Shown here piece by piece: positions 61,654 through 64,000 of a DNA stretch of 64,000 nucleotides (position 1 is its first letter; each line of letters begins with the position of its first letter). Source of the stretch: an uncultured Candidatus Saccharibacteria bacterium (GTDB lineage Bacteria > Patescibacteriota > Minisyncoccia > UBA6257 > Colwellbacteraceae). Under the pieces are notes generated by a model, which worked only from the letters and a program-made list of their open reading frames with translations, searched no databases and was not told the DNA's origin. The position numbers and the translations under genes are program-made. The DNA lies in the NCBI GenBank assembly GCA_964559765.1, contig CAZLHU010000001.1, forward strand, positions 75,600 through 139,599, read 5' to 3'.

Positions 61654-62857
61654 TGTTTTTTTTCATTTCGGCTAAAACCTCTTCGCTCACCTTTCGATCG
61701 GACCACGGAACCCTCTTTCCCTTGGCGACCCTGATGTATGTCTCGCTTCCCTTGCCAGTCATGATAACAACATCGCCCTTCTTGGCGCCAGCTATGGCCG
61801 TCCTTATAGCCTCTCGCCGGTCGAGAATCTTCAGGCTTTTATCTTTTTTAGCGGGTGATATTCCCTGTTCAATTTCGTTGATTATCTCCATCGGGTCTTC
61901 GTCGAACGGGTCTTCGTTGGTCAGGATTATCCGCGAGCAATATTCGGAGGCTATCTTCCCAAATTCGGGGCGTTTCCATTTGTCCCGCCCTCCGCCGGCA
62001 GAGCCCAACACGCATATTAAATTGTGCGGCTTGAGCTCCTTCTTCAATGTGCCATATATGGTGCGCAGCGATTCCGGGGTGTGGGCATAGTCGACGACCA
62101 CCGCAAAGGGCTCCTGTTTGACGAATTCCACCCTGCCGGGCACGCCCGGGAACGTCTTGAACGTGCGGCGTCGGACCAATTCGGTGACGCCCACTGTCTT
62201 AAGTATCGCTTCGGCTATGGCCACATTCTCGCGGTTGAAGTCTCCAATCAGAGCGGGTGATAGTTCGTAGCCCTCAACGTCTTTCTTAAAGGAGGTGATT
62301 GCTTGATTGTCGGCGACTTCGGCGAAGAATTTCGAGTTTTCATTCTCGCCGTTCACAAAAAACCATTTCGGATGCTTCTTTGAGAACTTATCTACATTCC
62401 TGAAAAAATCCAATTTGGCTTCGCGATACTTTTCAAAGCTTCCGTGTGATTCAATGTGCTCCGGATGCAGATTGGTGAAAGCAGCAACGTCGAAATCTAT
62501 GAAACGGTCGCGGTGCTGTCTCACCCCCTCGGATGTGACTTCTATGAGTGCGAATTGGCAATCGGCCTTGACCGCGCGGCGCATTAGGTCCTGCAAAAAG
62601 AAACGCCCCGGCATGGTATTGCCGGATTGGTTGATCTTCGAATAAGCTCCGATCTTTGTGCGCACGGACGAAGACAGCGCCACCTTATTCCCAGCCGCCT
62701 CCAGTCCCGCCGCCAAAATTTCCAAAACAGTAGACTTGCCCTTAGTCCCGGTTACCCCGATCACGAAAAGTTCCCGCGACGGGTGTCGATATATGACCGC
62801 GCCGATATAGGCCAGAAGGAAGTGATATGTTCCTTTCGCTTTTTTGACCAAATCCAT
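61643..62857 (-). CDS. Mur ligase family protein (MurE-like, short N-terminus)
   Basis: 404 aa with P-loop GVTGTKGKST, DYAHTPESL and TNEDPFDEDP (MurE-like DNPR region) motifs. It lacks the usual ~100-aa N-terminal domain. Confidence 0.6.
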   Translation of the reverse strand: MDLVKKAKGTYHFLLAYIGAVIYRHPSRELFVIGVTGTKGKSTVLEILAAGLEAAGNKVALSSSVRTKIGAYSKINQSGNTMPGRFFLQDLMRRAVKADCQFALIEVTSEGVRQHRDRFIDFDVAAFTNLHPEHIESHGSFEKYREAKLDFFRNVDKFSKKHPKWFFVNGENENSKFFAEVADNQAITSFKKDVEGYELSPALIGDFNRENVAIAEAILKTVGVTELVRRRTFKTFPGVPGRVEFVKQEPFAVVVDYAHTPESLRTIYGTLKKELKPHNLICVLGSAGGGRDKWKRPEFGKIASEYCSRIILTNEDPFDEDPMEIINEIEQGISPAKKDKSLKILDRREAIRTAIAGAKKGDVVIMTGKGSETYIRVAKGKRVPWSDRKVSEEVLAEMKKNNES

Positions 62858-62858
62858 C

Positions 62859-63485
62859 TTAACTCTTCATTTTCTTAAGAGCGTCGCGCAACCTCTCGCC
62901 GATATCCTTAAGGTCTGGGTCTATTTTGCCCAAGGCCTGCCGCGCCTGGTTCTGTGAATATCCCAGGCTGCGCAGCGCATCATACACGTCGTCGTCGGCC
63001 TCCATCGCGGCCATGACCTTGCCGCTGCCGCCCTTGCTGATAAGCTTCATCTTATCTTTCAGTTCGAGAATAATACGCTCAGCCGTCTTATGGCCGATGC
63101 CCGGAGCCCTGTCCAATAGCTCTACTTTTCCTTCGGCTATGGCCGAGACTATGTCGTCAACCTGCACGGCTGAAAGCAAGGCTAGGGCCAAGCGCGGACC
63201 TACGCCAGATACGGAAGTCAGAGCCTGGAAACAATCCAATTCGGCAGAATCTATGAATCCGAACAGCTCCAACGCGTCTTCGCGCACATGGAGATATGTG
63301 GAAAGGCTAGCGGGCTGACCGACGGCCGGCAATTTATCCCTGGTCCTCAATGATATGGATATCTTCAGGCCTATCCCGCCCACCTCGATCACCGCGAAAT
63401 TAAGCTCTTTTACCTTTAATGTCCCGGAAACGCTGTAAATCATTATTCTAAGGTATATATTATCCCGAATCCCGCTTTGACGCAC
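62859..63485 (-). CDS. ruvA: Holliday junction DNA helicase RuvA
   Basis: Domain I OB-fold (MIYSVSGTLKVKELNFAVIEVGGIGLKISIS), two HhH motifs (VSGVGPRLALALL, APGIGHKTAERI) and a C-terminal domain III. The true start is MIYSVSG (~63443); the upstream extension in the ORF track is not part of the gene. Confidence 0.85.
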   Translation of the reverse strand: MRQSGIRDNIYLRIMIYSVSGTLKVKELNFAVIEVGGIGLKISISLRTRDKLPAVGQPASLSTYLHVREDALELFGFIDSAELDCFQALTSVSGVGPRLALALLSAVQVDDIVSAIAEGKVELLDRAPGIGHKTAERIILELKDKMKLISKGGSGKVMAAMEADDDVYDALRSLGYSQNQARQALGKIDPDLKDIGERLRDALKKMKS

Positions 63486-63493
63486 TACTTATT

Positions 63494-63850
63494 TTGCTTT
63501 ATCTTTTTAAGGCAATGCTTACAAAAGAATTCATAGCCGAATCCAAGAAGAAGCTCGTTGATGAGAAGGCCCGTTTAGAGAAGGATCTTATCGACCTCAC
63601 CAAAGAAGATTTTGGGCACGATACAGATCATGGCGAGGAAAAGGCTTCGGAAATAGAGCAGATCGACGACAACGACAGTATGGCCGTTGAGTATTCGACC
63701 AGGCTGATCGACATCGACTCCGCCTTGGAGAAGATAGAAGACGGCAACTATGGCGAATGCGAAAAATGCCACAAGGACATAACCGAGGATGTTTTGAGGG
63801 TGGACCCGGAATCGCGTTTATGCAAAGACTGCAAGTCGCTGTTTAGTTAG
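63494..63850 (+). CDS. DksA/TraR-family C4 zinc-finger protein
   Basis: 118 aa with an N-terminal coiled coil and a C-terminal CEKCHKDI...CKDCK four-Cys finger. Confidence 0.7.
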   Translation: MLYLFKAMLTKEFIAESKKKLVDEKARLEKDLIDLTKEDFGHDTDHGEEKASEIEQIDDNDSMAVEYSTRLIDIDSALEKIEDGNYGECEKCHKDITEDVLRVDPESRLCKDCKSLFS

Positions 63851-63865
63851 AACATAGTGGCAAAT

Positions 63866-63892
63866 AAAAATATCCCTGCGGGGATATTTTGT
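63866..63892 (+). terminator. Rho-independent terminator after the dksA-like gene
   Basis: Hairpin ATATCCC-tgcg-GGGATAT followed by TTTTG. Confidence 0.5.
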
Positions 63893-63905
63893 TGCGCGCC
63901 CTGAT

Positions 63906-64000
63906 TATTCTGCCAGCGGATTTTTCGCCCCGACCACTTCGAAATATACGTCGCACCCGACCAGGCCATTCGTCGTGCCCGTGTTACCGGCTTTGGCTAT
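63906..64000 (-). CDS. Partial CDS (C-terminal 31 aa only; gene body lies beyond the window end)
   Basis: The minus-strand frame is open to the window edge and ends ...IAKAGNTGTTNGLVGCDVYFEVVGAKNPLAE-stop at ~63906. The product cannot be identified from this fragment. Confidence 0.3.

Noticed and set aside
62859-63485. N-terminal extension MRQSGIRDNIYLRI of the ruvA ORF
   Set aside because: RuvA domain I begins at MIYSVSG, and the upstream extension has no counterpart in RuvA proteins. It is likely just open frame upstream of the true start.

Overview
This is a dense ~64 kb bacterial chromosomal window of roughly 50% GC with about 75 genes. There is no rRNA, CRISPR array, transposase or prophage block. 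The gene content and the many short overlapping junctions suggest a reduced-genome Patescibacteria/CPR-like bacterium (inference); the supporting features are a split transketolase, a bifunctional PGI/PMI, a type-2 IleRS, PolX, UDG family 4 and a minimal F1Fo ATP synthase with truncated epsilon and delta. Content in order: a partial secreted coiled-coil protein; L25/Ctc; a sugar-phosphate cluster (fba, PfkB kinase, split tkt, rpe, rpiB), gap, DUF192 and a SpoU methylase; a thiol-redox cluster (trxB-like, glutaredoxin-like, SPW-repeat peptide, DsbA-like); a 1098-aa secreted surface protein with a PG-binding domain, a poly-Thr linker and a low-complexity beta-rich body; a wHTH protein; gpmI; a holin-family membrane protein; secG; a peptide ABC substrate-binding protein; PGI/PMI; tRNA-Leu(CAG); RNase J; trpS, ileS and argS; smpB followed directly by a tmRNA gene the ORF track cannot show; an ECF sigma factor with a downstream membrane protein; a flavinylation module (FMN-binding protein, ApbE, membrane FNR-like reductase, CofE-like); panD; atpBEFHAGDC; a beta-carbonic-anhydrase-like protein; DUF763; infC (non-AUG start), rpmI (missed by the ORF track) and rplT; NUDIX; PolX; a membrane-anchored ClpC-like ATPase; UDG4; a CPA2/RCK antiporter; a MarR–MacAB-like efflux operon with a palindromic operator; tRNA-Arg(CCG); an amino-acid permease; a Lys-rich histone-like protein; a LOG-family protein; a beta-CASP nuclease; a Mur ligase; ruvA; and a DksA/TraR zinc finger. 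The most notable observations are (1) an isoleucyl-tRNA synthetase carrying a ~200-aa in-frame histidine-phosphatase (PGAM-like) domain inside a catalytic-core zinc knuckle, (2) an extracytoplasmic flavinylation/electron-transfer gene module next to a divergent ECF sigma factor, and (3) the giant PG-anchored surface protein with a slippage-prone poly-Thr tract.
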